Below are positions 63,494 to 64,000 of a DNA stretch of 64,000 nt, piece after piece; the first letter of the stretch is position 1, and the number at the start of each line of letters is the position of its first letter. Location: positions 19,220,001 through 19,284,000 of the forward strand of contig CM059447.1 in the NCBI GenBank assembly GCA_030390025.1, in the 5' to 3' direction. The position numbers were made by a program, and so were the translations under genes. Source of the stretch: Squalus acanthias (lineage: Eukaryota). The notes below the pieces were generated by a model. It was not told the origin of the DNA, searched no databases, and saw only the letters and a program-made list of their open reading frames with translations.

Positions 63494-64000
63494 ACTGTAC
63501 TGGGCATCAGTCTGTACCAACTGAGTCTCCATTCACTGCACTGGACATCAGTCTGTACCAACTGAGTCCCCATTCACTACACTGGGCATCAGTCTGTACC
63601 AACTGAGTCCCCATTCACTGCACTGGGCATCAGTCTGTACCAACTGAGTCCCCATTCACTGCACTGGGCATCAGTCTGTACCAACTGAGTCTCCATTCAC
63701 TACACTGGGCATCAGTCTGTACCAACTGAGTCCCCATTCACTGCACTGGGCATCAGTCTGTACCAACTGAGTCCCCATTCACTGCACTGGGCATCAGTCT
63801 GTACCAACTGAGTCCCCATTCACTGCACTGGGCATCAGTCTGTACCAACTGAGTCCCCATTCACTGCACACTGCACTGGGCATCAGTCTGTACCAACTGA
63901 GTCCCCATTCACTGCACTGGGCATCAGTCTGTACCAACTGAGTCCCCATTCACTGCACTGGGCATCAGTCTGTACCAACTGAGTCCCCATTCACTGCACT
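63494..64000. repeat. 41-bp minisatellite, ~12 copies, runs off the window end
   Basis: Unit ACTGCACTGGGCATCAGTCTGTACCAACTGAGTCCCCATTC; few substitutions; one 7-bp internal duplication near 63865. Confidence 0.97.

Noticed and set aside
63494-64000. Possible CRISPR array
   Set aside because: Repeats are contiguous with no unique spacers, there are no cas genes, and the context is a vertebrate intron.

Overview
This is eukaryotic genomic DNA from a cartilaginous fish (a shark, judged from its repeat families), not prokaryotic sequence. Two host genes lie on the minus strand. (1) The 3' half of CCDC57 appears as nine phase-compatible GT-AG coding exons from 62901 down to the stop at 25131, ending ...KIRNYNIRD*. 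(2) The proximal promoter and non-coding first exon of FASN sit at ~5213-5563; its coding exons lie left of the window. This reproduces the CCDC57-FASN gene order of human 17q25.3. The rest is dense, often nested transposon debris: L2, CR1, a CR1-superfamily LINE, RTE, Deu-domain SINEs, two other SINE families, PIF/Harbinger fossils and MITEs, hAT MITEs, Penelope-like inverted repeats with minimal hammerhead motifs, and a 41-bp minisatellite. I found no intact novel multi-gene system. The best leads are the conserved FASN promoter with a proximal DR4 (LXRE-like) site, a candidate distal lipogenic enhancer, a diverged duplicate of the CCDC57 terminal exon, the hammerhead-bearing palindromes, a SINE built from both ends of a local LINE, and a minisatellite apparently derived from SINE pieces. 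Comparisons with mammalian sequences are from memory and need alignment. Repeat boundaries are approximate unless TSDs/TIRs are quoted.
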